Source: Auanema rhodensis (Eukaryota; Animalia; Nematoda). Taken from it: DNA of 64,000 bases. The notes under the pieces were generated by a model that saw only the letters and a program-made list of their open reading frames with translations, did not search any database and was not told the origin of the DNA. The translations under genes and the position numbers were made by a program. Positions 10,882 to 25,800 of the stretch are shown piece by piece; within the stretch, counting starts at the first letter, position 1, and each line of letters begins with the position of its first letter. The stretch lies in contig OZ059894.1 of NCBI GenBank assembly GCA_964057225.1, forward strand, positions 2,046,001 through 2,110,000, read 5' to 3'.

Positions 10882-13800
10882 AATTAATTCTTCAGGGTGA
10901 AAATCGAGGATATAAGTGTGAACTTATATCAGTTGATATCTCGGTGCATTTTTAAGCTAGCGCAAATCTGATAACACAGATCGACGCAGCTTGAAAATCC
11001 GCATCGAATACACTATACTACATTGAGAAACGCTTAATACAAAAATTAGTTATGATCGTTTGAAAAATGATGCATTAGTTTATGTTGAGTTTCCATGTAC
11101 ACTCAACATTGCTTCCAAAAACATTTTGACAAAAATTTTTTCGAAAAATTTCAAAATAATTTAGCAAAAAGTAGATGTTTTTAGATTCCTTTTTTCAAGG
11201 CGAAGACGATGGACATTGTTATTCAACGAAAAAATTAATTCTTCAGGGTGAAAATCGAGGATATAAGTGTGAACTGATATCAGTTGATATCTCGGTGCAT
11301 TTTTAAGCTAGCGCAAATCTGATAACACAGATCGACGCAGCTTGAAAATCCGCATCGAATGCACTATACTACATTGAGGAACGCTTAATACAAAAATTAG
11401 TTATGATCGTTTGAAAAATGATGCATTAGTGTATGTTGAGTTTCCATGTACACTCAACATAGCTTCCAAAAACATTTTGACAAAAATTTTTTCGAAAAAT
11501 TTCAAAATAATTTAGCAGAAAGTAGATGTTTTTAGATTCCTTTTTTTAAGGCAAAGACGATGGACAATGTTATTCAACGAAAAAATTAATTCTTCAGGGT
11601 GAAAATCGAGGATATAAGTGTGAACTTATATCAGTTGATATCTCGGTGCATTTTTAAGCTAGCGCAAATCTGATAACACAGATCGACGCAGCTTGAAAAT
11701 CCGCATCGAATGCACTATACTACATTGAGGAACGCTTAATACAAAAATTAGTTATGATCGTTTGAAAAATGATGCATTAGTGTATGTTGAGTTTCCATGT
11801 ACACTCAACATAGCTTCCAAAAACATTTTGACAAAAATTTTTTCGAAAAATTTCAAAATAATTTAGCAGAAAGTAGATGTTTTTAGATTCCTTTTTTTAA
11901 GGCAAAGACGATGGACAATGTTATTCAACGAAAAAATTAATTCTTCAGGGTGAAAATCGAGGATATAAGTGTGAACTTATATCAGTTGATATCTCGGTGC
12001 ATTTTTAAGCTAGCGCAAATCTGATAACACAGATCGACGCAGCTTGAAAATCCGCATCGAATGCACTATACTACATTGAGGAACGCTTAATACAAAAATT
12101 AGTTATGATCGTTTGAAAAATGATGCATTAGTGTATGTTGAGTTTCCATGTACACTCAACATAGCTTCCAAAAACATTTTGACAAAAATTTTTTCGAAAA
12201 ATTTCAAAATAATTTAGCAGAAAGTAGATGTTTTTAGATTCCTTTTTTTAAGGCAAAGACGATGGACAATGTTATTCAACGAAAAAATTAATTCTTCAGG
12301 GTGAAAATCGAGGATATAAGTGTGAACTTATATCAGTTGATATCTCGGTGCATTTTTAAGCTAGCGCAAATCTGATAACACAGATCGACGCAGCTTGAAA
12401 ATCCGCATCGAATGCACTATACTACATTGAGGAACGCTTAATACAAAAATTAGTTATGATCGTTTGAAAAATGATGCATTAGTGTATGTTGAGTTTCCAT
12501 GTACACTCAACATAGCTTCCAAAAACATTTTGACAAAAATTTTTTCGAAAAATTTCAAAATAATTTAGCAGAAAGTAGATGTTTTTAGATTCCTTTTTTT
12601 AAGGCAAAGACGATGGACAATGTTATTCAACGAAAAAATTAATTCTTCAGGGTGAAAATCGAGGATATAAGTGTGAACTTATATCAGTTGATATCTCGGT
12701 GCATTTTTAAGCTAGCGCAAATCTGATAACACAGATCGACGCAGCTTGAAAATCCGCATCGAATGCACTATACTACATTGAGAAACGCTTAATACAAAAA
12801 TTAGTTATGATCGTTTGAAAAATGATGCATTAGTTTATGTTGAGTTTCCATGTACACTCAACATTGCTTCCAAAAACATTTTGACAAAAATTTTTTCGAA
12901 AAATTTCAAAATAATTTAGCAAAAAGTAGATGTTTTTAGATTCCTTTTTTCAAGGCGAAGACGATGGACATTGTTATTCAACGAAAAAATTAATTCTTCA
13001 GGGTGAAAATCGAGGATATAAGTGTGAACTGATATCAGTTGATATCTCGGTGCATTTTTAAGCTAGCGCAAATCTGATAACACAGATCGACGCAGCTTGA
13101 AAATCCGCATCGAATGCACTATACTACATTGAGGAACGCTTAATACAAAAATTAGTTATGATCGTTTGAAAAATGATGCATTAGTGTATGTTGAGTTTCC
13201 ATGTACACTCAACATAGCTTCCAAAAACATTTTGACAAAAATTTTTTCGAAAAATTTCAAAATAATTTAGCAGAAAGTAGATGTTTTTAGATTCCTTTTT
13301 TTAAGGCAAAGACGATGGACAATGTTATTCAACGAAAAAATTAATTCTTCAGGGTGAAAATCGAGGATATAAGTGTGAACTTATATCAGTTGATATCTCG
13401 GTGCATTTTTAAGCTAGCGCAAATCTGATAACACAGATCGACGCAGCTTGAAAATCCGCATCGAATGCACTATACTACATTGAGGAACGCTTAATACAAA
13501 AATTAGTTATGATCGTTTGAAAAATGATGCATTAGTGTATGTTGAGTTTCCATGTACACTCAACATAGCTTCCAAAAACATTTTGACAAAAATTTTTTCG
13601 AAAAATTTCAAAATAATTTAGCAGAAAGTAGATGTTTTTAGATTCCTTTTTTTAAGGCAAAGACGATGGACAATGTTATTCAACGAAAAAATTAATTCTT
13701 CAGGGTGAAAATCGAGGATATAAGTGTGAACTTATATCAGTTGATATCTCGGTGCATTTTTAAGCTAGCGCAAATCTGATAACACAGATCGACGCAGCTT

Positions 13801-14040
13801 GAAAATCCGCATCGAATGCACTATACTACATTGAGGAACGCTTAATACAAAAATTAGTTATGATCGTTTGAAAAATGATGCATTAGTGTATGTTGAGTTT
13901 CCATGTACACTCAACATAGCTTCCAAAAACATTTTGACAAAAATTTTTTCGAAAAATTTCAAAATAATTTAGCAGAAAGTAGATGTTTTTAGATTCCTTT
14001 TTTTAAGGCAAAGACGATGGACAATGTTATTCAACGAAAA
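10882..14040. repeat. Local 5-monomer (1755-bp) higher-order duplication
   Basis: Type B monomers (G147A, G199T, A229T, G286A, T315C, A321G, A335T) start at 10882 and 12637, each followed by the rare AACTGATA variant (T44G) at 11276 and 13031. Confidence 0.8.
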
Positions 14041-16848
14041 AATTAATTCTTCAGGGTGAAAATCGAGGATATAAGTGTGAACTTATATCAGTTGATATCT
14101 CGGTGCATTTTTAAGCTAGCGCAAATCTGATAACACAGATCGACGCAGCTTGAAAATCCGCATCGAATGCACTATACTACTTTGAGAAACGCTTGATACA
14201 AAAATTAGTTATGATCGTTTGAAAAATGATGCATTAGTGTATGTTGAGTTTCCATGTACACTCAACATAGCTTCCAAAAACATTTTGACAAAATTTTTTT
14301 CGAAAAATTTCAAAATAATTTAGCAGAAAGTAGATGTTTTTAGATTCCTTTTTTTAAGGCAAAGACGACAGACAATGTTATTCAACGAAAAAATTAATTC
14401 TTCAGGGTGAAAATCGAGGATATAAGTGTGAACTTATATCAGTTGATATCTCGGTGCATTTTTAAGCTAGCGCAAATCTGATAACACAGATCGACGCAGC
14501 TTGAAAATCCGCATCGAATGCACTATACTACATTGAGGAACGCTTAATACAAAAATTAGTTATGATCGTTTGAAAAATGATGCATTAGTGTATGTTGAGT
14601 TTCCATGTACACTCAACATAGCTTCCAAAAACATTTTGACAAAAATTTTTTCGAAAAATTTCAAAATAATTTAGCAGAAAGTAGATGTTTTTAGATTCCT
14701 TTTTTTAAGGCAAAGACGATGGACAATGTTATTCAACGAAAAAATTAATTCTTCAGGGTGAAAATCGAGGATATAAGTGTGAACTTATATCAGTTGATAT
14801 CTCGGTGCATTTTTAAGCTAGCGCAAATCTGATAACACAGATCGACGCAGCTTGAAAATCCGCATCGAATGCACTATACTACATTGAGGAACGCTTAATA
14901 CAAAAATTAGTTATGATCGTTTGAAAAATGATGCATTAGTGTATGTTGAGTTTCCATGTACACTCAACATAGCTTCCAAAAACATTTTGACAAAAATTTT
15001 TTCGAAAAATTTCAAAATAATTTAGCAGAAAGTAGATGTTTTTAGATTCCTTTTTTTAAGGCAAAGACGATGGACAATGTTATTCAACGAAAAAATTAAT
15101 TCTTCAGGGTGAAAATCGAGGATATAAGTGTGAACTTATATCAGTTGATATCTCGGTGCATTTTTAAGCTAACGCAAATCTGATAACACAGATCGACGCA
15201 GCTTGAAAATCCGCATCGAATGCACTATACTACATTGAGAAACGCTTAATACAAAAATTAGTTATGATCGTTTGAAAAATGATGCATTAGTTTATGTTGA
15301 GTTTCCATGTACACTCAACATTGCTTCCAAAAACATTTTGACAAAAATTTTTTCGAAAAATTTCAAAATAATTTAGCAAAAAGTAGATGTTTTTAGATTC
15401 CTTTTTTCAAGGCGAAGACGATGGACATTGTTATTCAACGAAAAAATTAATTCTTCAGGGTGAAAATCGAGGATATAAGTGTGAACTTATATCAGTTGAT
15501 ATCTCGGTGCATTTTTAAGCTAGCGCAAATCTGATAACACAGATCGACGCAGCTTGAAAATCCGCATCGAATGCACTATACTACATTGAGAAACGCTTAA
15601 TACAAAAATTAGTTATGATCGTTTGAAAAATGATGCATTAGTGTATGTTGAGTTTTCATGTACACTCAACATAGCTTCCAAAAACATTTTGACAAAAATT
15701 TTTTCGAAAAATTTCAAAATAATTTAGCAGAAAGTAGATGTTTTTAGATTCCTTTTTTTAAGGCAAAGACGATGGACAATGTTATTCAACGAAAAAATTA
15801 ATTCTTCAGGGTGAAAATCGAGGATATAAGTGTGAACTTATATCAGTTGATATCTCGGTGCATTTTTAAGCTAGCGCAAATCTGATAACACAGATCGACG
15901 CAGCTTGAAAATCCGCATCGAATGCACTATACTACATTGAGGAACGCTTAATACAAAAATTAGTTATGATCGTTTGAAAAATGATGCATTAGTGTATGTT
16001 GAGTTTCCATGTACACTCAACATAGCTTCCAAAAACATTTTGACAAAAATTTTTTCGAAAAATTTCAAAATAATTTAGCAGAAAGTAGATGTTTTTAGAT
16101 TCCTTTTTTTAAGGCAAAGACGATGGACAATGTTATTCAACGAAAAAATTAATTCTTCAGGGTGAAAATCGAGGATATAAGTGTGAACTTATATCAGTTG
16201 ATATCTCGGTGCATTTTTAAGCTAGCGCAAATCTGATAACACAGATCGACGCAGCTTGAAAATACGCATCGAATGCACTATACTACTTTGAGAAACGCTT
16301 AATACAAAAATTAGTTATGATCGTTTGAAAAATGATGCATTAGTGTATGTTGAGTTTCCATGTACACTCAACATAGCTTCCAAAAACATTTTGACAAAAA
16401 TTTTTTCGAAAAATTTCAAAATAATTTAGCAAAAAGTAGATGTTTTTAGATTCCTTTTTTCAAGGCAAAGACGATGGACAATGTTATTCAACAAAAAAAT
16501 TAATTCTTCAGGGTGAAAATCGAGGATATAAGTGTGAACTTATCTCAGTTGATATCTCGGTGCATTTTTAAGCTAGCGCAAATCTGATAACACAGATCGA
16601 CGCAGCTTGAAAATCCGCATCGAATGCACTATACTACATTGAGGAACGCTTAATACAAAAATTAGTTATGATCGTTTGAAAAATGATGCATTAGTGTATG
16701 TTGAGTTTCCATGTACACTCAACATAGCTTCCAAAAACATTTTGACAAAAATTTTTTCGAAAAATTTCAAAATAATTTAGCAAAAAGTAGATGTTTTTAG
16801 ATTCCTTTTTTCAAGGCAAAGACGATGGACAATGTTATTCAACAAAAA

Positions 16849-19800
16849 AATTAATTCTTCAGGGTGAAAATCGAGGATATAAGTGTGAACTTATCTCAGT
16901 TGATATCTCGGTGCATTTTTAAGCTAGCGCAAATCTGATAACACAGATCGACGCAGCTTGAAAATACGCATCAAATGCACTATACTACTTTGAGAAACGC
17001 TTAATACAAAAATTAGTTATGATCGTTTGAAAAATGATGCATTAGTGTATGTTGAGTTTCCATGTACACTCAACATTGCTTCCAAAAACATTTTGACAAA
17101 AATTTTTTCGAAAAATTTCAAATTAATTTAGCAGAAAGTATATGTTTTTAGATTCCTTTTTTCAAGGCAAAGACGATGGACAATGTTATTCAACGAAAAA
17201 ATTAATTCTTCAGGGTGAAAATCGAGGATATAAGTGTGAATTTATATCAGTTGATATCTCGGTGCATTTTTAAGCTAGCGCAAATCTGATAACACAGATC
17301 GACGCAGCTTAAAAATCCGCATCGAATGCACTATACTACATTGAGGAACGCTTAATACAAAAATTAGTTATGATCGTTTGAAAAATGATGCATTAGTGTA
17401 TGTTGAGTTTCCATGTACACTCAACATAGCTTCCAAAAACATTTTGACAAAAATTTTTTCGAAAAATTTCAGAATAATTTAGCAAAAAGTAGATGTTTTT
17501 AGATTTCTTTTCTCAAGGCAAAGACGATGGACAATGTTATTCAACGAAAAAATTAATTCTTCAGGGTGAAAATCGAGGATATAAGTGTGAACTTATATCA
17601 GTTGATATCTCGGTGCATTTTTAAGCTAGCGCAAATCTGATAACACAGATCGACGCAGCTTGAAAATCCGCATCGAATGCACTATACTACTTTGAGAAAC
17701 GCTTAATACAAAAATCAGTTATGATCGTTTGAAAAATGATGCATTAGTGTATGTTGAGTTTCCATGTACACTCAACATTGCTTCCAAAAACATTTTGACA
17801 AAAATTTTTTCGAAAAATTTCAAAATAATTTAGCAAAAAGTAGATGTTTTTAGATTCCTTTTTTCAAGGCGAAGACGATGGACATTGTTATTCAACGAAA
17901 AAATTAATTCTTCAGGGTGAAAATCGAGGATATAAGTGTGAACTTATATCAGTTGATATCTCGGTGCATTTTTAAGCTAGCGCAAATCTGATAACACAGA
18001 TCGACGCAGCTTGAAAATACGCATCAAATGCACTATACTACTTTGAGAAACGCTTAATACAAAAATTAGTTATGATCGTTTGAAAAATGATGCATTAGTG
18101 TATGTTGAGTTTCCATGTACACTCAACATTGCTTCCAAAAACATTTTGACAAAAATTTTTTCGAAAAATTTCAAATTAATTTAGCAGAAAGTATATGTTT
18201 TTAGATTCCTTTTTTCAAGGCAAAGACGATGGACAATGTTATTCAACGAAAAAATTAATTCTTCAGGGTGAAAATCGAGGATATAAGTGTGAATTTATAT
18301 CAGTTGATATCTCGGTGCATTTTTAAGCTAGCGCAAATCTGATAACACAGATCGACGCAGCTTAAAAATCCGCATCGAATGCACTATACTACATTGAGGA
18401 ACGCTTAATACAAAAATTAGTTATGATCGTTTGAAAAATGATGCATTAGTGTATGTTGAGTTTCCATGTACACTCAACATAGCTTCCAAAAACATTTTGA
18501 CAAAAATTTTTTCGAAGAATTTCAGAATAATTTAGCAAAAAGTAGATGTTTTTAGATTTTTTTTCTCAAGGCAAAGACGATGGACAATGTTATTCAACGA
18601 AAAAATTAATTCTTCAGGGTGAAAATCGAGGATATAAGTGTGAACTTATATCAGTTGATATCTCGGTGCATTTTTAAGCTAGCGCAAATCTGATAACACA
18701 GATCGACGCAGCTTGAAAATCCGCATCGAATGCACTATACTACTTTGAGAAACGCTTAATACAAAAATCAGTTATGATCGTTTGAAAAATGATGCATTAG
18801 TGTATGTTGAGTTTCCATGTACACTCAACATTGCTTCCAAAAACATTTTGACAAAAATTTTTTCGAAAAATTTCAAAATAATTTAGCAAAAAGTAGATGT
18901 TTTTAGATTCCTTTTTTCAAGGCGAAGACGATGGACATTGTTATTCAACGAAAAAATTAATTCTTCAGGGTGAAAATCGAGGATATAAGTGTGAACTTAT
19001 ATCAGTTGATATCTCGGTGCATTTTTAAGCTAGCGCAAATCTGATAACACAGATCGACGCAGCTTGAAAATCCGCATCGAATGCACTATACTACATTGAG
19101 AAACGCTTAATACAAAAATTAGTTATGATCGTTTGAAAAATGATGCATTAGTGTATGTTGAGTTTCCATGTACACTCAACATAGCTTCCAAAAACATTTT
19201 GACAAAAATTTTTTCGAAAAATTTCAAAATAATTTAGCAGAAAGTAGATGTTTTTAGATTCCTTTTTTTAAGGCAAAGACGATGGACAATGTTATTCAAC
19301 GAAAAAATTAATTCTTCAGGGTGAAAATCGAGGATATAAGTGTGAACTTATATCAGTTGATATCTCGTTGCATTTTTAAGCTAGCGCAAATCTGATAACA
19401 CAGATCGACGCAGCTTGAAAATACGCATCGAATGCACTATAATACTTTGATAAACGCTTAATACGAAAATTAGTTATGATCGTTTGAAAAATGATGCATT
19501 AGTGTATGTTGAGTTTCCATGTACACTCAACATAGCTTCCAAAAACATTTTGACAAAAATTTTTTCGAAAAATTTCAGAATAATTTAGCAAAAAGTAGAT
19601 GTTTTTAGATTTCTTTTCTCAAGGCAAAGACGATGGACAATGTTATTCAACGAAAAAATTAATTCTTCAGGGTGAAAATCGAGGATATAAGTGTGAACTT
19701 ATATCAGTTGATATCTCGGTGCATTTTTAAGCTAGCGCAAATCTGATAACACAGATCGACGCAGCTTGAAAATCCGCATCGAATGCACTATACTACTTTG

Positions 19801-22800
19801 AGAAACGCTTAATACAAAAATTAGTTATGATCGTTTGAAAAATGATGCATTAGTGTATGTTGAGTTTCCATGTACACTCAACATTGCTTCCAAAAAAATT
19901 TTGACAAAAATTTTTTCGAAAAATTTCAAATTAATTTAGCAGAAAGTATATGTTTTTAGATTTCTTTTTTCAAGGCAAAGACGATGGACAATGTTATTCA
20001 ACGAAAAAATTAATTCTTCAGGGTGAAAATCGAGGATATAAGTGTGAATTTATATCAGTTGATATCTCGGTGCATTTTTAAGCTAGCGCAAATCTGATAA
20101 CACAGATCGACGCAGCTTGAAAATCCGCATTGAATGCACTATACTACATTGAGGAACGCTTAATACAAAAATTAGTTATGATCGTTTGAAAAATGATGCA
20201 TTAGTGTATGTTGAGTTTCCATGTACACTCAACATTGCTTCCAAAAACATTTTGACAAAAATTTTTTCGAAAAATTTCAAATTAATTTAGCAGAAAGTAT
20301 ATGTTTTTAGATTCCTTTTTTCAAGGCAAAGACGATGGACAATGTTATTCAACGAAAAAATTAATTCTTCAGGGTGAAAATCGAGGATATAAGTGTGAAT
20401 TTATATCAGTTGATATCTCGGTGCATTTTTAAGCTAGCGCAAATCTGATAACACAGATCGACGCAGCTTAAAAATCCGCATCGAATGCACTATACTACAT
20501 TGAGGAACGCTTAATACAAAAATTAGTTATGATCGTTTGAAAAATGATGCATTAGTGTATGTTGAGTTTCCATGTACACTCAACATAGCTTCCAAAAACA
20601 TTTTGACAAAAATTTTTTCGAAAAATTTCAGAATAATTTAGCAAAAAGTAGATGTTTTTAGATTTCTTTTCTCAAGGCAAAGACGATGGACAATGTTATT
20701 CAACGAAAAAATTAATTCTTCAGGGTGAAAATCGAGGATATAAGTGTGAACTTATATCAGTTGATATCTCGGTGCATTTTTAAGCTAGCGCAAATCTGAT
20801 AACACAGATCGACGCAGCTTGAAAATCCGCATCGAATGCACTATACTACTTTGAGAAACGCTTAATACAAAAATCAGTTATGATCGTTTGAAAAATGATG
20901 CATTAGTGTATGTTGAGTTTCCATGTACACTCAACATTGCTTCCAAAAACATTTTGACAAAAATTTTTTCGAAAAATTTCAAAATAATTTAGCAAAAAGT
21001 AGATGTTTTTAGATTCCTTTTTTCAAGGCGAAGACGATGGACATTGTTATTCAACGAAAAAATTAATTCTTCAGGGTGAAAATCGAGGATATAAGTGTGA
21101 ACTTATATCAGTTGATATCTCGGTGCATTTTTAAGCTAGCGCAAATCTGATAACACAGATCGACGCAGCTTGAAAATACGCATCAAATGCACTATACTAC
21201 TTTGAGAAACGCTTAATACAAAAATTAGTTATGATCGTTTGAAAAATGATGCATTAGTGTATGTTGAGTTTCCATGTACACTCAACATTGCTTCCAAAAA
21301 CATTTTGACAAAAATTTTTTCGAAAAATTTCAAATTAATTTAGCAGAAAGTATATGTTTTTAGATTCCTTTTTTCAAGGCAAAGACGATGGACAATGTTA
21401 TTCAACGAAAAAATTAATTCTTCAGGGTGAAAATCGAGGATATAAGTGTGAATTTATATCAGTTGATATCTCGGTGCATTTTTAAGCTAGCGCAAATCTG
21501 ATAACACAGATCGACGCAGCTTAAAAATCCGCATCGAATGCACTATACTACATTGAGGAACGCTTAATACAAAAATTAGTTATGATCGTTTGAAAAATGA
21601 TGCATTAGTGTATGTTGAGTTTCCATGTACACTCAACATAGCTTCCAAAAACATTTTGACAAAAATTTTTTCGAAAAATTTCAGAATAATTTAGCAAAAA
21701 GTAGATGTTTTTAGATTTCTTTTCTCAAGGCAAAGACGATGGACAATGTTATTCAACGAAAAAATTAATTCTTCAGGGTGAAAATCGAGGATATAAGTGT
21801 GAACTTATATCAGTTGATATCTCGGTGCATTTTTAAGCTAGCGCAAATCTGATAACACAGATCGACGCAGCTTGAAAATCCGCATCGAATGCACTATACT
21901 ACTTTGAGAAACGCTTAATACAAAAATCAGTTATGATCGTTTGAAAAATGATGCATTAGTGTATGTTGAGTTTCCATGTACACTCAACATTGCTTCCAAA
22001 AACATTTTGACAAAAATTTTTTCGAAAAATTTCAAAATAATTTAGCAAAAAGTAGATGTTTTTAGATTCCTTTTTTCAAGGCGAAGACGATGGACATTGT
22101 TATTCAACGAAAAAATTAATTCTTCAGGGTGAAAATCGAGGATATAAGTGTGAACTTATATCAGTTGATATCTCGGTGCATTTTTAAGCTAGCGCAAATC
22201 TGATAACACAGATCGACGCAGCTTGAAAATCCGCATCGAATGCACTATACTACATTGAGAAACGCTTAATACAAAAATTAGTTATGATCGTTTGAAAAAT
22301 GATGCATTAGTGTATGTTGAGTTTCCATGTACACTCAACATAGCTTCCAAAAACATTTTGACAAAAATTTTTTCGAAAAATTTCAAAATAATTTAGCAGA
22401 AAGTAGATGTTTTTAGATTCCTTTTTTTAAGGCAAAGACGATGGACAATGTTATTCAACGAAAAAATTAATTCTTCAGGGTGAAAATCGAGGATATAAGT
22501 GTGAACTTATATCAGTTGATATCTCGTTGCATTTTTAAGCTAGCGCAAATCTGATAACACAGATCGACGCAGCTTGAAAATACGCATCGAATGCACTATA
22601 ATACTTTGATAAACGCTTAATACAAAAATTAGTTATGATCGTTTGAAAAATGATGCATTAGTGTATGTTGAGTTTCCATGTACACTCAACATAGCTTCCA
22701 AAAACATTTTGACAAAAATTTTTTCGAAAAATTTCAGAATAATTTAGCAAAAAGTAGATGTTTTTAGATTTCTTTTCTCAAGGCAAAGACGATGGACAAT

Positions 22801-22815
22801 GTTATTCAACGAAAA
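16849..22815. repeat. Diverged domain with X-Y-Z trimer HOR (1053 bp) and a 9-monomer (3159-bp) superperiod
   Basis: X (A229T, A275T, G293T, T315C), Y (C42T, G112A, A273G, G286A, C307T, T313C, T315C) and Z (T166C, A229T, G286A, T315C, A321G, A335T) repeat from 16849, 17902 and 21061. The rare TATAATACTTTGATAAAC variant occurs at about 19442 and 22601, 3159 bp apart. Confidence 0.85.
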
Positions 22816-25800
22816 AATTAATTCTTCAGGGTGAAAATCGAGAATATAAGTGTGAACTTATATCAGTTGATATCTCGGTGCATTTTTAAGCTAGCGCAAA
22901 TCTGATAACACAGATCGACGCAGCTTGAAAATCCGCATCGAATGCACTATAATACTTTGATAAACGCTTAATACAAAAATTAGTTATGATCGTTTGAAAA
23001 ATGATGCATTAGTGTATGTTGAGTTTCCATGTACACTCAACATAGCTTCCAAAAACATTTTGACAAAAATTTTTTCGAAAAATTTCAAAATAATTTAGCA
23101 GAAAGTAGATGTTTTTAGATTCCTTTTTTTAAGGCAAAGACGATGGACAATGTTATTCAACGAAAAAATTAATTCTTCAGGGTGAAAATCGAGAATATAA
23201 GTGTGAACTTATATCAGTTGATATCTCGGTGCATTTTTAAGCTAGCGCAAATCTGATAACACAGATCGACGCAGCTTGAAAATCCGCATCGAATGCACTA
23301 TACTACATTGAGGAACGCTTAATACAAAAATTAGTTATGATCGTTTGAAAAATGATGCATTAGTGTATGTTGAGTTTCCATGTACACTCAACATAGCTTC
23401 CAAAAACATTTTGACAAAAATTTTTTCGAAAAATTTCAAAATAATTTAGCAGAAAGTAGATGTTTTTAGATTCCTTTTTTTAAGGCAAAGACGATGGACA
23501 ATGTTATTCAACGAAAAAATTAATTCTTCAGGGTGAAAATCGAGAATATAAGTGTGAACTTATATCAGTTGATATCTCGGTGCATTTTTAAGCTAGCGCA
23601 AATCTGATAACACAGATCGACGCAGCTTGAAAATCCGCATCGAATGCACTATACTACATTGAGGAACGCTTAATACAAAAATTAGTTATGATCGTTTGAA
23701 AAATGATGCATTAGTGTATGTTGAGTTTCCATGTACACTCAACATAGCTTCCAAAAACATTTTGACAAAAATTTTTTCGAAAAATTTCAAAATAATTTAG
23801 CAGAAAGTAGATGTTTTTAGATTCCTTTTTTTAAGGCAAAGACGATGGACAATGTTATTCAACGAAAAAATTAATTCTTCAGGGTGAAAATCGAGGATAT
23901 AAGTGTGAACTTATATCAGTTGATATCTCGGTGCATTTTTAAGCTAGCGCAAATCTGATAACACAGATCGACGCAGCTTGAAAATCCGCATCGAATGCAC
24001 TATACTACATTGAGGAACGCTTAATACAAAAATTAGTTATGATCGTTTGAAAAATGATGCATTAGTGTATGTTGAGTTTCCATGTACACTCAACATAGCT
24101 TCCAAAAACATTTTGACAAAAATTTTTTCGAAAAATTTCAAAATAATTTAGCAGAAAGTAGATGTTTTTAGATTCCTTTTTTTAAGGCAAAGACGATGGA
24201 CAATGTTATTCAACGAAAAAATTAATTCTTCAGGGTGAAAATCGAGAATATAAGTGTGAACTTATATCAGTTGATATCTCGGTGCATTTTTAAGCTAGCG
24301 CAAATCTGATAACACAGATCGACGCAGCTTGAAAATCCGCATCGAATGCACTATACTACATTGAGGAACGCTTAATACAAAAATTAGTTATGATCGTTTG
24401 AAAAATGATGCATTAGTGTATGTTGAGTTTCCATGTACACTCAACATAGCTTCCAAAAACATTTTGACAAAAATTTTTTCGAAAAATTTCAAAATAATTT
24501 AGCAGAAAGTAGATGTTTTTAGATTCCTTTTTTTAAGGCAAAGACGATGGACAATGTTATTCAACGAAAAAATTAATTCTTCAGGGTGAAAATCGAGAAT
24601 ATAAGTGTGAACTTATATCAGTTGATATCTCGGTGCATTTTTAAGCTAGCGCAAATCTGATAACACAGATCGACGCAGCTTGAAAATCCGCATCGAATGC
24701 ACTATACTACATTGAGGAACGCTTAATACAAAAATTAGTTATGATCGTTTGAAAAATGATGCATTAGTGTATGTTGAGTTTCCATGTACACTCAACATAG
24801 CTTCCAAAAACATTTTGACAAAAATTTTTTCGAAAAATTTCAAAATAATTTAGCAGAAAGTAGATGTTTTTAGATTCCTTTTTTTAAGGCAAAGACGATG
24901 GACAATGTTATTCAACGAAAAAATTAATTCTTCAGGGTGAAAATCGAGAATATAAGTGTGAACTTATATCAGTTGATATCTCGGTGCATTTTTAAGCTAG
25001 CGCAAATCTGATAACACAGATCGACGCAGCTTGAAAATCCGCATCGAATGCACTATACTACATTGAGGAACGCTTAATACAAAAATTAGTTATGATCGTT
25101 TGAAAAATGATGCATTAGTGTATGTTGAGTTTCCATGTACACTCAACATAGCTTCCAAAAACATTTTGACAAAAATTTTTTCGAAAAATTTCAAAATAAT
25201 TTAGCAGAAAGTAGATGTTTTTAGATTCCTTTTTTTAAGGCAAAGACGATGGACAATGTTATTCAACGAAAAAATTAATTCTTCAGGGTGAAAATCGAGG
25301 ATATAAGTGTGAACTTATATCAGTTGATATCTCGGTGCATTTTTAAGCTAGCGCAAATCTGATAACACAGATCGACGCAGCTTGAAAATCCGCATCGAAT
25401 GCACTATACTACATTGAGGAACGCTTAATACAAAAATTAGTTATGATCGTTTGAAAAATGATGCATTAGTGTATGTTGAGTTTCCATGTACACTCAACAT
25501 AGCTTCCAAAAACATTTTGACAAAAATTTTTTCGAAAAATTTCAAAATAATTTAGCAGAAAGTAGATGTTTTTAGATTCCTTTTTTTAAGGCAAAGACGA
25601 TGGACAATGTTATTCAACGAAAAAATTAATTCTTCAGGGTGAAAATCGAGGATATAAGTGTGAACTTATATCAGTTGATATCTCGGTGCATTTTTAAGCT
25701 AGCGCAAATCTGATAACACAGATCGACGCAGCTTGAAAATCCGCATCGAATGCACTATACTACTTTGAGAAACGCTTAATACAAAAATTAGTTATGATCG

